Source: Amphiscolops sp. MND2022
Lineage: Eukaryota
NCBI GenBank assembly: GCA_964187785.1
Contig: OZ076409.1
Span: forward strand, 72,728,001-72,792,000
DNA length: 64,000 nt
Direction: 5' to 3'
Part shown: positions 40,459 to 54,700 of the stretch, piece by piece
How positions within the stretch are numbered: position 1 is the first letter of the stretch
Layout of the letters: each line of letters begins with the position of its first letter
Notes under the pieces: generated by a model
Database searches by the model: none
What the model was told of the DNA's origin: nothing
The model's input: the letters and a program-made list of their open reading frames with translations, nothing else
Translations under genes and position numbers: made by a program

Positions 40459-43400
40459 GTGCCGGGATTACTATTCGTTCGAGTATGTGGCGCGTGTGGG
40501 TAGGGCCCCTGGCGCGCTCTTTTATTTCGGGTACACCTACTCCAAATTCACGATGTGATTTCGACGATCTCGTAAACTAGCCACACGATTTGGCTGAAAT
40601 TTGGCACACGTACCCCCCTCGGCACGGTGAAGATGATTCCCTACTGACGTTTTGCCCGCTAAACATTTTTTGTTGACCAAAATAACGGTTTTTGGGGGAA
40701 AATTTTGAACTTTTTTTAAATTTCGTCTTATATCTCGCCACGGGTTTACGCTAGCGCTTCAAAACCTTGCTAACGAAAGTTTGCAAACTGTCTCAGGAAT
40801 GCGGTGTGAAAATTTCAGCCCAATCGGACTTAAACTCGAGGAGATATAGCGTTTTTCCGGAGCGGGGGGGTTTCATTTTTCTAACGGTCCAGCTTATCTT
40901 TGCCATTTTTTCGAAAATGCACTCGCCTAAAGGCCTCCCCTGGCCGGTTTTATTCCCAGCAAAACCATTTGGCCCTAAATACGGAGTTTCAGCGTTCCAG
41001 CATTCCCGGGCGAAAAGTTGTGGGACTTAGAAAATTTCAAAAATTTTCAAAAAAATTTTTTCCGTTATTTGGGCCCCCAAAGTGGGGCAAAAGACCCCCC
41101 AACCAGTAAAGCAAGTGAATGCATGTGGAAAGCCCTTGTTTAGACGAGAAAAATGGCGTTTAGAACGTTTTTTTATCGTAACTTGACATTGACTTTTGTC
41201 GTTTTGAAGGTGACCGTTAGATACGGAAAATTGATGTTTTGAGTGTTTATCCCATCTGAAAGCCATTGAGATACAACATGTTTTGCTCAAAACGTGTTTC
41301 ATTGGAGTTTCGCTGTCCATTAACACCCTTTGGTGTCTTTTGACGTAATTTTCGTTTCTATAATAACAATTTCTTTGTGTATTTATTCATTTTTTTCTCA
41401 TCAAATAACTTGAAACAGTTGAGTACATTCCATCTCCCTTCCCGGGGGAGATGAGAATGTACTCGCTAAAGGTCAGGAACTACGGTCTATATCTTCCACA
41501 ACACAAAAGAGATTGCAAATTGTTTCAGTTTGTCGCAGAAAACTTCTTTTTGCACTCTGTGACTCGACAAAGTGAACGTTTCTTACTTACTTTGAATCTC
41601 ACCATACCACAACTCATCTCTAACGTCAACGCCCCCCACACACATCAACGCCCCCCGTCCGTGGGCATGCCGAGGCATGCCCTTCGACGACGTATAGCAA
41701 AATATATTCGAACGCGGTAGCCGCTAGGTGCCGGTGTCTTTTTACACAATGGGGGAAGTTGCGCGGTTGGGGAGGGTCCCTGACGCGCTTCCGTGAGATC
41801 AGGTTTTTCAACTAGTGAAATCGACAAAGAAAATTGAGATCTCGTAAACTAGCCATACGATTTGGCTGAAATTTGGCACACGTACCCCCCTCGGCACGGT
41901 GAAGATGATTCCCTACTGACGTTTTTCCCGCTAAACATTTTTTGTTGACCAAAATAACGGTTTTTGGGGTAAAATTTTCAACTTTTTTTAAATTTCATCT
42001 TATATCTCGCCACGGGTACACGCTAGCGCTTCCGAACCTTGCTGACGAAAGTTTGCAAACTGTCTCAGGAATGCTGTGTGAAATTTTCAGCTCAATCGGA
42101 CTTAAACTCGAGGAGATATAGCGTTTTTCCGGAGCGGGGGGGTTTCATATTTCTAACGGTCCAGCTTATCTTTGCCATTTTTTCGAAAATGCACTCGCCT
42201 AAAGGCCTCCCCTGGCCGGTTTTATTCCCAGCAAAACCATTTGGCCCTAAATACGGAGTTTCAGCGTTCCAGCATTCCCGGGCGAAAAGTTGTGGGACTT
42301 AGAATTTTTCAAAAATTTTCAAAAAATTTTTTTTCCGTTATTTGGGCCCCCAAAGTGGGGGAAAGCACCCCCCAACCAGTAAAGCAAGTGAATGCATGTG
42401 GAAAGCCCTTGTTTAGAGGAGAAAAATGTCGTTTAGAACGTCTTTTTATCTTGGCTCAACGTTGACTTATGACGTTTTGAAGGTGATGTTTGGAGGTGTA
42501 AAGCACGTGAATAGTAAACGTTATGAGTATTTATCTGATCTGAAAGCCATTGAGATGCAATATGGTTTGCTCAAAACGTAATTCATTGCAGTTTGGCAAT
42601 CAATCAACACCCTTTGTTGTCGTTTGACATACTTTTTTGTTGTTATAATAAAAAATTTTGTGTATTTATTCATTTTTTTCTCATCAAATAACTTGAAACA
42701 GTTGAGTACATTCCATCCCCCCTTCCGGGGGAGATGAGAATGTACTCGCAAAAAGCACCGAACTACGGCCCTTACCTTCCCGAGCTACGCAGTATAAGGA
42801 TTAGATATTGGTTCCGACATTTTCATAGAGTTAAATCTTGGTAATCTGTCTGGATATGCAGAAAAATCAGCACGTGCCTTTTAATACCAAGTTGCTTACA
42901 ACGACAATTATTTTATATCAACGCCCCCATATTTATCAACGCCCCCCGTCCGTGGGCATGCCGAGGCATGCCCTTCGACGACGTATACCAAGATATACAT
43001 AAGCGCGGTAGCCGCTAGGTGCCGGTGTTTTTTTACACAATGGGGGAAGTTGCGCGTGTGGGGAGGGTCCCTGACGCGCTCCCGGGATTTCGGATTTTTT
43101 AACCTTTACGTACCCATCAAAAATTTTGGGATCTCGAAAACTAGCCGTACGATTTGGCTGAAATTTGGCACACGTACCCCCCTCGGCACGGTGAAGATGA
43201 TTCCCTACTGACGTTTTGCTCGCTAAACATTTTTTGTTGACCAAAATAACGGTTTTTGGGGTAAAATTTTCAACTTTTTTTAAATTTCATCTCATATCTC
43301 GCCACGGGTACACGCTAGCGCTTCCAAACCTCGCTGACGAAAGTTTGCAAACTGTCTCAGGAATGCTGTGTGAAATTTTCAGCTCAATCGGACTTAAACT

Positions 43401-44288
43401 CGAGGAGATATAGCGTTTTTCCGGAGCGGGGGGGTTTCATTTTTCTAACGGTCCAGCTTATCTTTGCCATTTTTTCAAAAATGCACTCGCCTAAAGGCCT
43501 CCCCTGGCCGGTTTTATTCCCAGCAAAACTATTTGGCCCTAAATACGGAGTTTCAGCGTTCCAGCATTCCCGGGCGAAAAGTTGTGGGACTTAGAAAATT
43601 TCAAAAATTTTCAAAAAATTTTTTTTCCGTTTTCCGCCCTCCCCCCCGAGGGGAAAAGACCCCCCAACCAGTAAAGCAAGTGAATGCATGTGGAAAGGCC
43701 ATGTTTAGAGGAGAAAAATGCCGTTTAGAACGTCTTTTTATCTTGGCTCAACGTTGACTTATGACGTTTTGAAGGTGATGTTTGGAGGTGTAAAGCACGT
43801 GAATAGTAAACGTTATGAGTATTTATCTGAACTGAAAGCCATTGAGATGCAATATGGTTTGCTCAAAACGTAATTCATGGCAGTTTGGCAATCAATCAAC
43901 ACCCTTTGTTGTCGTTTGACATACTTTTTTGTTGTTATAATAAAAAATTTTGTGTATTTATTCATTTTTTTTCTCATCAAATAACTTGAAACAGTTGAGT
44001 ACATTCCATCCCCCCCTTCCGGGGGAGATGAGAATGTACTCGCAAAAAGCACCGAACTACGGTCTACCTTCCCGAGCTACGCAGTATAAGGATTACATAT
44101 TGGTTCCGACATTTTCAAAGAGTTAAATCTTGGTAATCTGTCTGGATATTCAGAAAAAACAGCACGTGCCTTTTAATACCAAGTTGCTTACAACGACAAT
44201 TATTTTATATCAACGCCCCCATATTTATCAACGCCCCCCGTCCGTGGGCATGCCGAGGCATGCCCTTCGACGACGTATACCAAGATAT
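40459..44288 (+). repeat. Three family-E short cassettes (40459-41727, 41728-43018, 43019-~44288; the last lacks its CTAG end)
   Basis: Shared GGCACACGTACCCCCCTCGGCACGGTGAAGATGA block; type I hairpins; end boxes. Confidence 0.88.
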
Positions 44289-44307
44289 GCGTTAACGCGT
44301 TATAAAT

Positions 44308-44796
44308 AACTTAAATAACATAACCGTTATAATTTGATAGCCTTTCAAGTTGGCCTTGTGTCAACTTGGAAAGGCTATCCTTCAAGACTCATGCAACAAA
44401 GAAGTTTTTGGGTACATTTGTAATGCTTTAGTGTCAATTAGAGTATCAACAAGAGTATACCAAGCACTAAAACTATGTCTAGTTTTCGTTATTAGGATAT
44501 TAGTTTCCTGAATATTTGTCGGAAATGCTTTTTTAAATCTCTTTTAATGTGGTCTAAATACTCTGAAAACACTTTATCGAACCAATTTTCTTGGATGAAC
44601 CTTAGTAACAATACTAAAAATCGTAGACAACCTTGCTTCGTTTAAATATTTGAAGCTGAAACCGCACCTTACCGTTGCTCAAACTTCAACCCGACGCCCC
44701 ATAGCATACATCAACGCACATCGTCTGTGGGCATGCCGAGGCATGCCCTTCGACGACGTATGCCAAATACCTTTAACCCGACGCCCGCAGTCCTGG
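44308..44796 (+). repeat. 5'-truncated cassette (3' 490 bp of the 61955-63969 type)
   Basis: Matches 63481-63969, including the type II hairpin and CTGG end. Confidence 0.88.
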
Positions 44797-46084
44797 GTGG
44801 CCGGAAATTTTTTTTTTCATCAAAATCTTTGCCATTGGGGGAGGGGCCCCGGATGGCCAGTAGTACGGTATAGCTTCCTACCAAATCCAGATGGAAAAAA
44901 CGTGATTTTGGAAACTAGCCGTCAGAATTTGCTCAAATTTTGCATACGGCTTCCTATAACAATCCTAAGAACTAATCCCTACTGGCATTTTGCCCAAAAA
45001 ACGCAAAAAGTTGGTCAAAATCTTAGTTTTTTGGTCAAAAAATGGCGTTTTTTCGAAAAAATTTTTTTTCAGAGACAATTACTCGTAACTGGTTCACCCA
45101 GCGCAAAAACGCCTAGCTGATTTATTGTTGGGCACTTCATGAGGAGTGCGTATACAAATTTTCGTCCAGATCGGAAAAAAAATCACTAAGTATTAGCCGG
45201 AATTCGGACGCATTTTTTCGCAAATTTTTGAAAACCTAGTCTATCTCTGCCGTTTTTTGCCCAGATTTTTTTCCAGGTCCTCTCCTAAAGGCCTCCCCTG
45301 GCCGGTTTACTTCCCAGAAAAACCATTTGGCCCTAAATACGGAGTTTCAGCGTTCTAGCATTCCCGGGCGAAAAGATGTGGGACTTAGAAAAAATTCAAA
45401 ATTTTTCAAAAATTTTTTTTTTCGTTTTCCGGCCCCCCAATGAAGGGGAACGACCCCCCAACGAGGATTTTTGGTGAATTCACGTGGAAAGGCCTTGTTT
45501 TGTGGAGAAAATTGCCGTTTAGAGCGACTTTTTATCTTAACTTGACGTTGACCTCTGTCGTTTTGAATTTGATATTAGTATGTGTTGAGCATGTGAAAAG
45601 TTGATGATTTCAGTTGTTCTCTCGTGTTCAAGCCATTGAGATACAAGCGGTAGTGATCAAAATGTGATTTATCGCAATTTGGTGGTGCTTTTGGTGTATT
45701 TTGATTCTTTTAAATAAAAAGTTGTTCTTTATATATTTGGTGTATTGATTCAAATTAACAAGAAACAGTTGAGTACATTTCATCTCCCCCCTTGTGGGGG
45801 AGATGAGGATGTACCCGCTAAATGACACGCACAATGGCCCACTTTTACTTTTATGCGACGTTTTCTAGGCTTTTGCGCAAGCCCACTAATTTTTAGACTG
45901 GTTTCCTTTTCTTTTACTCCAAAATTTTCCGTACTAACCACCTTACGCACCACCAGCTCAACGTAACATCTGTAACGTCAACGCCACACACTCTCACTAA
46001 CGCCCACCGTCCGTGGGCATGCCGAGGCATGCCCTTCGACGACGTATGCCAAATAGCGCCACAGGGCGCAAACTTGTCCGCTAG
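44797..46084 (+). repeat. Cassette family A (1288 bp)
   Basis: Near-identical to 50446-51732. Confidence 0.92.
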
Positions 46085-47376
46085 GTGCCGGGATTTCTAT
46101 TCGATAAAGTATGTGGCGCGCCTTGGGTAGGGTCCCTTGCGCGCTTTTGGGTATGGTGTTCACCAGCTAGGAAATAGGGGTCGATTTTTCGGGATCTCCT
46201 AAACTAGCCACACGATTTGGCTGAAATTTGGCACACGTACTCCCCTCGGCACGGTGAAGATGATTTCCTACTGACGTTTTTCCCGCAAAATTTTTTTTGT
46301 TGTCCAAAATAACGGTTTTTGGGGTAAAATTTTGAATTTTTTTTAAATTTTATCTTATATCTCGCCACGGGTTTACGCTAGCGCTTCAAAACCCTGCTAA
46401 AGAAAGCTTGCAAACTGTCTCAGGAATGCGGTGTGAAATTTTCAGCTCAATCGGACTCAAACTCGGGGAGATATAGCGTTTTTCCGGAGCGGGGGGGTTT
46501 CATTTTTCTAACGGTCCAGCTTATCTTTGCCATTTTTTCGAAAATGCACTCGCCTAAAGGCCTCCCCTGGCCGGTTTTATCCCCAGCAAAACCATTTGGC
46601 CCTAAATACGGAGTTTCAGCGTTCCAGCATTCCCGGGCGAAAAGTTGTGGGACTTAGAATAATTCAAAAATTTTCAAAAAAATTTTTTTCCGTTATTTGG
46701 GCCCCCAAAGTGGGGGAAAAGACCCCCCAACCAGTAAAGCAAGTGAATGCATGTGGAAAGCCCTTGTTTAGAGGAGAAAAATGCCGTTTAGAACGTCTTT
46801 TTATCTTGGCTCAACGTTGACTTATGACGTTTTGAAGGTGATGTTTGGAGGTGTAAAGCACGAGAATAGTAAACGTTATGAGTATTTATCTGATCTGAAA
46901 GCCATTGAAATGCACTCTGTTTTGCTCAAAACGTAATTCATATCCGTTTGGTAGTCAATCAACACCCTTTGTTGTCTTTTGACATCTTTTTTTTTGTTGA
47001 TATAAGAAAAAATTTTGTGTATTTATTCAATTTTTTCTCATCAAATAACTTGAAACAGTTGAGTACATTCCATCCCCCCTTCCGGGGGAGATGAGAATGT
47101 ACTCGCAAAAAGCACCGAACTACGGCCCTTACCTTCCCGAGCTACGCAGTAAAAGGATTACATATTGGTTCCGACATTTTCATAGAGTTAAATCTTGGTA
47201 ATCTGTCTGGATATGCAGAAAAACCAGCACGTGCTTTTTTATACCAAGTTGCTTACAACGACAATTATTTTATATCAACGCCCCCATATTTATCAACGCC
47301 CCCCGTCCGTGGGCATGCCGAGGCATGCCCTTCGACGACCCGCACCAAAATATACGTCGAGCGCGGTAGCAGCTAG
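46085..47376 (+). repeat. Family-E short cassette (1292 bp)
   Basis: E body, a distinct head, and a tail shared with 24430-25693. Confidence 0.87.
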
Positions 47377-50300
47377 GTGCCGGTGTCTTTTTACACAATG
47401 GGGGAAGTTGCGCGGTTGGGGAGGGTCCCTGACGCGCTTCCGTGAGATCAGGTTTTTCAACTAGTGAAATCGACAAAGAAAATTGAGATCTCGTAAACTA
47501 GCCATACGATTTGGCTGAAATTTGGCACACGTACCCCCCTCGGCACGGTGAAGATGATTCCCTACTGACGTTTTTCCCGCTAAACATTTTTTGTTGACCA
47601 AAATAACGGTTTTTGGGGTAAAATTTTCAACTTTTTTTAAATTTCATCTTATATCTCGCCACGGGTACACGCTAGCGCTTCCGAACCTTGCTGACGAAAG
47701 TTTGCAAACTGTCTCAGGAATGCTGTGTGAAATTTTCAGCTCAATCGGACTTAAACTCGAGGAGATATAGCGTTTTTCCGGAGCGGGGGGGTTTCATATT
47801 TCTAACGGTCCAGCTTATCTTTGCCATTTTTTCGAAAATGCACTCGCCTAAAGGCCTCCCCTGGCCGGTTTTATTCCCAGCAAAACCATTTGGCCCTAAA
47901 TACGGAGTTTCAGCGTTCCAGCATTCCCGGGCGAAAAGTTGTGGGACTTAGAATTTTTCAAAAATTTTCAAAAAATTTTTTTTCCGTTATTTGGGCCCCC
48001 AAAGTGGGGGAAAGCACCCCCCAACCAGTAAAGCAAGTGAATGCATGTGGAAAGCCCTTGTTTAGAGGAGAAAAATGTCGTTTAGAACGTCTTTTTATCT
48101 TGGCTCAACGTTGACTTATGACGTTTTGAAGGTGATGTTTGGAGGTGTAAAGCACGTGAATAGTAAACGTTATGAGTATTTATCTGATCTGAAAGCCATT
48201 GAGATGCAATATGGTTTGCTCAAAACGTAATTCATTGCAGTTTGGCAATCAATCAACACCCTTTGTTGTCGTTTGACATACTTTTTTGTTGTTATAATAA
48301 AAAATTTTGTGTATTTATTCATTTTTTTCTCATCAAATAACTTGAAACAGTTGAGTACATTCCATCCCCCCTTCCGGGGGAGATGAGAATGTACTCGCAA
48401 AAAGCACCGAACTACGGCCCTTACCTTCCCGAGCTACGCAGTATAAGGATTAGATATTGGTTCCGACATTTTCATAGAGTTAAATCTTGGTAATCTGTCT
48501 GGATATGCAGAAAAATCAGCACGTGCCTTTTAATACCAAGTTGCTTACAACGACAATTATTTTATATCAACGCCCCCATATTTATCAACGCCCCCCGTCC
48601 GTGGGCATGCCGAGGCATGCCCTTCGACGACGTATACCAAGATATACATAAGCGCGGTAGCCGCTAGGTGCCGGTGTTTTTTTACACAATGGGGGAAGTT
48701 GCGCGTGTGGGGAGGGTCCCTGACGCGCTCCCGGGATTTCGGATTTTTTAACCTTTACGTACCCATCAAAAATTTTGGGATCTCGAAAACTAGCCGTACG
48801 ATTTGGCTGAAATTTGGCACACGTACCCCCCTCGGCACGGTGAAGATGATTCCCTACTGACGTTTTGCTCGCTAAACATTTTTTGTTGACCAAAATAACG
48901 GTTTTTGGGGTAAAATTTTCAACTTTTTTTAAATTTCATCTCATATCTCGCCACGGGTACACGCTAGCGCTTCCAAACCTCGCTGACGAAAGTTTGCAAA
49001 CTGTCTCAGGAATGCTGTGTGAAATTTTCAGCTCAATCGGACTTAAACTCGAGGAGATATAGCGTTTTTCCGGAGCGGGGGGGTTTCATTTTTCTAACGG
49101 TCCAGCTTATCTTTGCCATTTTTTCAAAAATGCACTCGCCTAAAGGCCTCCCCTGGCCGGTTTTATTCCCAGCAAAACTATTTGGCCCTAAATACGGAGT
49201 TTCAGCGTTCCAGCATTCCCGGGCGAAAAGTTGTGGGACTTAGAAAATTTCAAAAATTTTCAAAAAATTTTTTTTCCGTTTTCCGCCCTCCCCCCCGAGG
49301 GGAAAAGACCCCCCAACCAGTAAAGCAAGTGAATGCATGTGGAAAGGCCATGTTTAGAGGAGAAAAATGCCGTTTAGAACGTCTTTTTATCTTGGCTCAA
49401 CGTTGACTTATGACGTTTTGAAGGTGATGTTTGGAGGTGTAAAGCACGTGAATAGTAAACGTTATGAGTATTTATCTGAACTGAAAGCCATTGAGATGCA
49501 ATATGGTTTGCTCAAAACGTAATTCATGGCAGTTTGGCAATCAATCAACACCCTTTGTTGTCGTTTGACATACTTTTTTGTTGTTATAATAAAAAATTTT
49601 GTGTATTTATTCATTTTTTTTCTCATCAAATAACTTGAAACAGTTGAGTACATTCCATCCCCCCCTTCCGGGGGAGATGAGAATGTACTCGCAAAAAGCA
49701 CCGAACTACGGTCTACCTTCCCGAGCTACGCAGTATAAGGATTACATATTGGTTCCGACATTTTCAAAGAGTTAAATCTTGGTAATCTGTCTGGATATTC
49801 AGAAAAAACAGCACGTGCCTTTTAATACCAAGTTGCTTACAACGACAATTATTTTATATCAACGCCCCCATATTTATCAACGCCCCCCGTCCGTGGGCAT
49901 GCCGAGGCATGCCCTTCGACGACGTATACCAAGATATGCGTTAACGCGTTATAAATAACTTAAATAACATAACCGTTATAATTTGATAGCCTTTCAAGTT
50001 GGCCTTGTGTCAACTTGGAAAGGCTATCCTTCAAGACTCATGCAACAAAGAAGTTTTTGGGTACATTTGTAATGCTTTAGTGTCAATTAGAGTATCAACA
50101 AGAGTATACCAAGCACTAAAACTATGTCTAGTTTTCGTTATTAGGATATTAGTTTCCTGAATATTTGTCGGAAATGCTTTTTTAAATCTCTTTTAATGTG
50201 GTCTAAATACTCTGAAAACACTTTATCGAACCAATTTTCTTGGATGAACCTTAGTAACAATACTAAAAATCGTAGACAACCTTGCTTCGTTTAAATATTT

Positions 50301-51732
50301 GAAGCTGAAACCGCACCTTACCGTTGCTCAAACTTCAACCCGACGCCCCATAGCATACATCAACGCACATCGTCTGTGGGCATGCCGAGGCATGCCCTTC
50401 GACGACGTATGCCAAATACCTTTAACCCGACGCCCGCAGTCCTGGGTGGCCGGAAATTTTTTTTTTCATCAAAATCTTTGCCATTGGGGGAGGGGCCCCG
50501 GATGGCCAGTAGTACGGTATAGCTTCCTACCAAATCCAGATGGAAAAAACGTGATTTTGGAAACTAGCCGTCAGAATTTGCTCAAATTTTGCATACGGCT
50601 TCCTATAACAATCCTAAGAACTAATCCCTACTGGCATTTTGCCCAAAAAACGCAAAAAGTTGGTCAAAATCTTAGTTTTTTGGTCAAAAAATGGCGTTTT
50701 TTCGAAAAAATTTTTTTCAGAGACAATTACTCGTAACTGGTTCACCCAGCGCAAAAACGCCTAGCTGATTTATTGTTGGGCACTTCATGAGGAGTGCGTA
50801 TACAAATTTTCGTCCAGATCGGAAAAAAAATCACTAAGTATTAGCCGGAATTCGGACGCATTTTTTCGCAAATTTTTGAAAACCTAGTCTATCTCTGCCG
50901 TTTTTTGCCCAGATTTTTTTCCAGGTCCTCTCCTAAAGGCCTCCCCTGGCCGGTTTACTTCCCAGAAAAACCATTTGGCCCTAAATACGGAGTTTCAGCG
51001 TTCTAGCATTCCCGGGCGAAAAGATGTGGGACTTAGAAAAAATTCAAAATTTTTCAAAAATTTTTTTTTTCGTTTTCCGGCCCCCCAATGAAGGGGAACG
51101 ACCCCCCAACGAGGATTTTTGGTGAATTCACGTGGAAAGGCCTTGTTTTGTGGAGAAAATTGCCGTTTAGAGCGACTTTTTATCTTAACTTGACGTTGAC
51201 CTCTGTCGTTTTGAATTTGATATTAGTATGTGTTGAGCATGTGAAAAGTTGATGATTTCAGTTGTTCTCTCGTGTTCAAGCCATTGAGATACAAGCGGTA
51301 GTGATCAAAATGTGATTTATCGCAATTTGGTGGTGCTTTTGGTGTATTTTGATTCTTTTAAATAAAAAGTTGTTCTTTATATATTTGGTGTATTGATTCA
51401 AATTAACAAGAAACAGTTGAGTACATTTCATCTCCCCCCTTGTGGGGGAGATGAGGATGTACCCGCTAAATGACACGCACAATGGCCCACTTTTACTTTT
51501 ATGCGACGTTTTCTAGGCTTTTGCGCAAGCCCACTAATATTTAGACTGGTTTCCTTTTCTTTTACTCCAAAATTTTCCGTACTAACCACCTTACGCACCA
51601 CCAGCTCAACGTAACATCTGTAACGTCAACGCCACACACTCTCACTAACGCCCACCGTCCGTGGGCATGCCGAGGCATGCCCTTCGACGACGTATGCCAA
51701 ATAGCGCCACAGGGCGCAAACTTGTCCGCTAG
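47377..51732 (+). repeat. Duplicate of the four-cassette block 41728-46084
   Basis: Offset 5649; identical ORF translations (e.g. 42039/47688, 43464/49113); flanks differ beyond the junctions. Confidence 0.93.
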
Positions 51733-54700
51733 GTGGCCGTGTCTTTTCGACGTGCTTTTGCATTGAGGAGTGGGTAGGGCCCCGCGACGACCTAGAAGAA
51801 TTGGATGCTCACCGAAACGTGCAGAATTCTACGAGATCTCATAGTTTGAGCCATACGATTTTTCTGAAATTTGGCATGTGGCCTGGAATTGGTGAGTAGG
51901 TAAAACGTGTAGAAGGTAATTTTTCCCAAATTCCACTGTGAGAGGAGATATGGGCAAATAACGGACCCAAAAATGGCAAAAATGCACATTTTTCAACTTT
52001 GTCAGCCAATATCTCTTTTCCAGGTGCCCGTAGCGTTCCGCACGTGGACATCAATATTGCTCAGCGCTGTTGGAGGAGTGCGTGGACAAATTTTGGTTTA
52101 AATCGGACTAAAACTTGACGAGAAATTAACGGTTTTTTGGGCGTTTCCGGGGTAAATTTTTTAACGGTCCAGCTTATCTTTGCCATTTTTTCGAAAATGT
52201 ACATGCCTAAAGGCCTCCCCCTGGCCGAATTTACTCCCAGCAAACCCATTTGGCCCTAAATACGGAGTTTCAGCGTTCCAGCATTCCGGGGCGGAAAGTT
52301 GTGGGACTTGGAAAAATTTCAAAATTTTTTCAAAAATTTTTTTTCCCGTTTTCCGGGCCCCCAATGAAGGGGAACGACCCCCCAACCAGTATTTTGAGTG
52401 AATTCATGTGGAAAGCCCATGTTTGGAGGAGAAAAATGCCGTTTAGCACATCTTTTTATCTTAACTTGACATTGACTTATGACGTTTTGAATGTGATGTT
52501 AGGATATATGAAGCATGTTAAAAGTTGAAGTTTTGAGTCTTTATCTCATCGGAAAACCATTGAGATACAAGCAGTTTTGCTAAAAACGATTTTCATTGTA
52601 GGTTAGCAGAGTATTAGTACACTTTGATGTCATTTGAGTATATTTTTCTTCTATATAATAACTGTTTTTATGTATTTATTCCAATTTATCTCATCTTTTA
52701 ACATCAAGCAGTTGAGTACATTTCATCTCCCTTTCGGGGGAGATGAGAATGTACTCGCTAAAAACCTAATGCTATGGCGCCAATGTTTGGATGGGAAGTT
52801 TTCTATGCTTTGAAAAAAGTTATTTTTAATTACTTGATTTTTTAAAACAATAATTAACATGAAGTACATTACTTGCTCCTACTACTACCACCATACATCT
52901 CTAACGTCAACGCCCCCTGCTTGCATCAACGCCCCATCGTCCGTGGGCATGCCGAGGCATGCCCTTCGACGACGTATGCCAAATGCCCAGTGCCACGCAG
53001 TCTTTTCCCGCTAGGTGGCCGTGTCTTTTCGACGTGCTTTTGCATTGAGGAGTGGGTAGGGCCCCGCGACGACCTAGAAGAATTGGATGCTCACCGAAAC
53101 GTGCAGAATTCTACGAGATCTCATAGTTTGAGCCATACGATTTTGCTGAAATTTGGCATGTGGCCTGGAATTGGTGAGTAGGTAAAACGTGTAGGAGGTG
53201 ATTTTTCCCAAATTCCACTGTGAGACGAGATATGGGCAAATAACGGTCCCAAAAATGGCAAAAATGCACTTTTTTCAACTTTGTCAGCCCATATCTCGTT
53301 CCCAGGTGCCCGGAGCGGGACGCGTTAAGCTGATTATAAACTCTAGGGTGTTGAGGCTGTACGGGGAAGTCAGGCCCGTTCCGATCGGACTTGTAGTCTT
53401 GGAGAAATAACGGTATTTTTGGGGAACCTTTTCTAACGGTCCAGCTTATCTTTGCCATTTTTTCGAAAATGTACTCGCCTAAAGGCCTCCCCCTGGCCGA
53501 ATTTACTCCCAGCAAAACCATTTGGCCCTAAATACGGAGTTTCAGCGTTCCAGCATTCCCGGGCGAAAAGTTGTGGGACTTGGAAAAATTCAAAAATTTT
53601 CAAAAAAATTTTTTTTTCGTTTTCCGGGTCCCCAATGAAGGGGAAACGACCCCCCAACCAGTATTTTGAGTGAATTCATGTGGAAAGCCCTTGTTTTGAC
53701 GAGAAAAATACCGTTTAGAACATCTTTTTATCTTGACTCAACGTTGACTTATGACGTTTTGAATGTGATGTAAGGATGTAGGAGGCATGTGATAAGTTGA
53801 TGTTTTGAGTCTTTATCTCATATGAAAGCGGTTGAGATGCAAGCTGTCCTGCTCAAAACGTCTTTCGTTGTAATTTTCCAGTGCACCAATACCCTTTGGT
53901 GTCATATAAACATACTTTTTGTCGATATATTAACATTTTTAATGTATTTATTCCAATTTTTATTATCTTATAACTCAAAACAGTTGAGTACATTTCATCT
54001 CCCTTTCGGGGGAGATGAGAATGTACTCGCTAAAGACCTAGCGCCATGACCAAAAGTTTGAAACCCACGTTTTTTATCTTCTTACAGACTTGTTTTTGTA
54101 TTTTTTCGGAATTTTTTAAAAATTAATATACTTGAAATACATTACTTGACTTTACTACTACAACCCACCTCCAACGACAACGCCCCCTGCTTGCATCAAC
54201 GCCCCATCGTCCGTGGGCATGCCGAGGCATGCCCTTCGACGACGTATGCCAAATGCCCAGTGCCACGCAGTCTTTCCCCGCTAGGTGGCCGTGTCTTTTC
54301 GACGTGCTTTTGCATTGAGGAGTGGGTAGGGCCCCGCGACGACCTAGAAGAATTGGATGCTCACCGAAACGTGCAGAATTCTACGAGATCTCATAGTTTG
54401 AGCCATACGATTTTGCTGAAATTTGGCATGTGGCCTGGAATTGGTGAGTAGGTAAAACGTGTAGGAGGTGATTTTTCCCAAATTCCACTGTGAGACGAGA
54501 TATGGGCAAATAACGGTCCCAAAAATGGCAAAAATGCACTTTTTTCAACTTTGTCAGCCCATATCTCGTTCCCAGGTGCCCGGAGCGGGACGCGTTAAGC
54601 TGATTATAAACTCTAGGGTGTTGAGGCTGTACGGGGAAGTCAGGCCCGTTCCGATCGGACTTGTAGTCTTGGAGAAATAACGGTATTTTTGGGGAACCTT

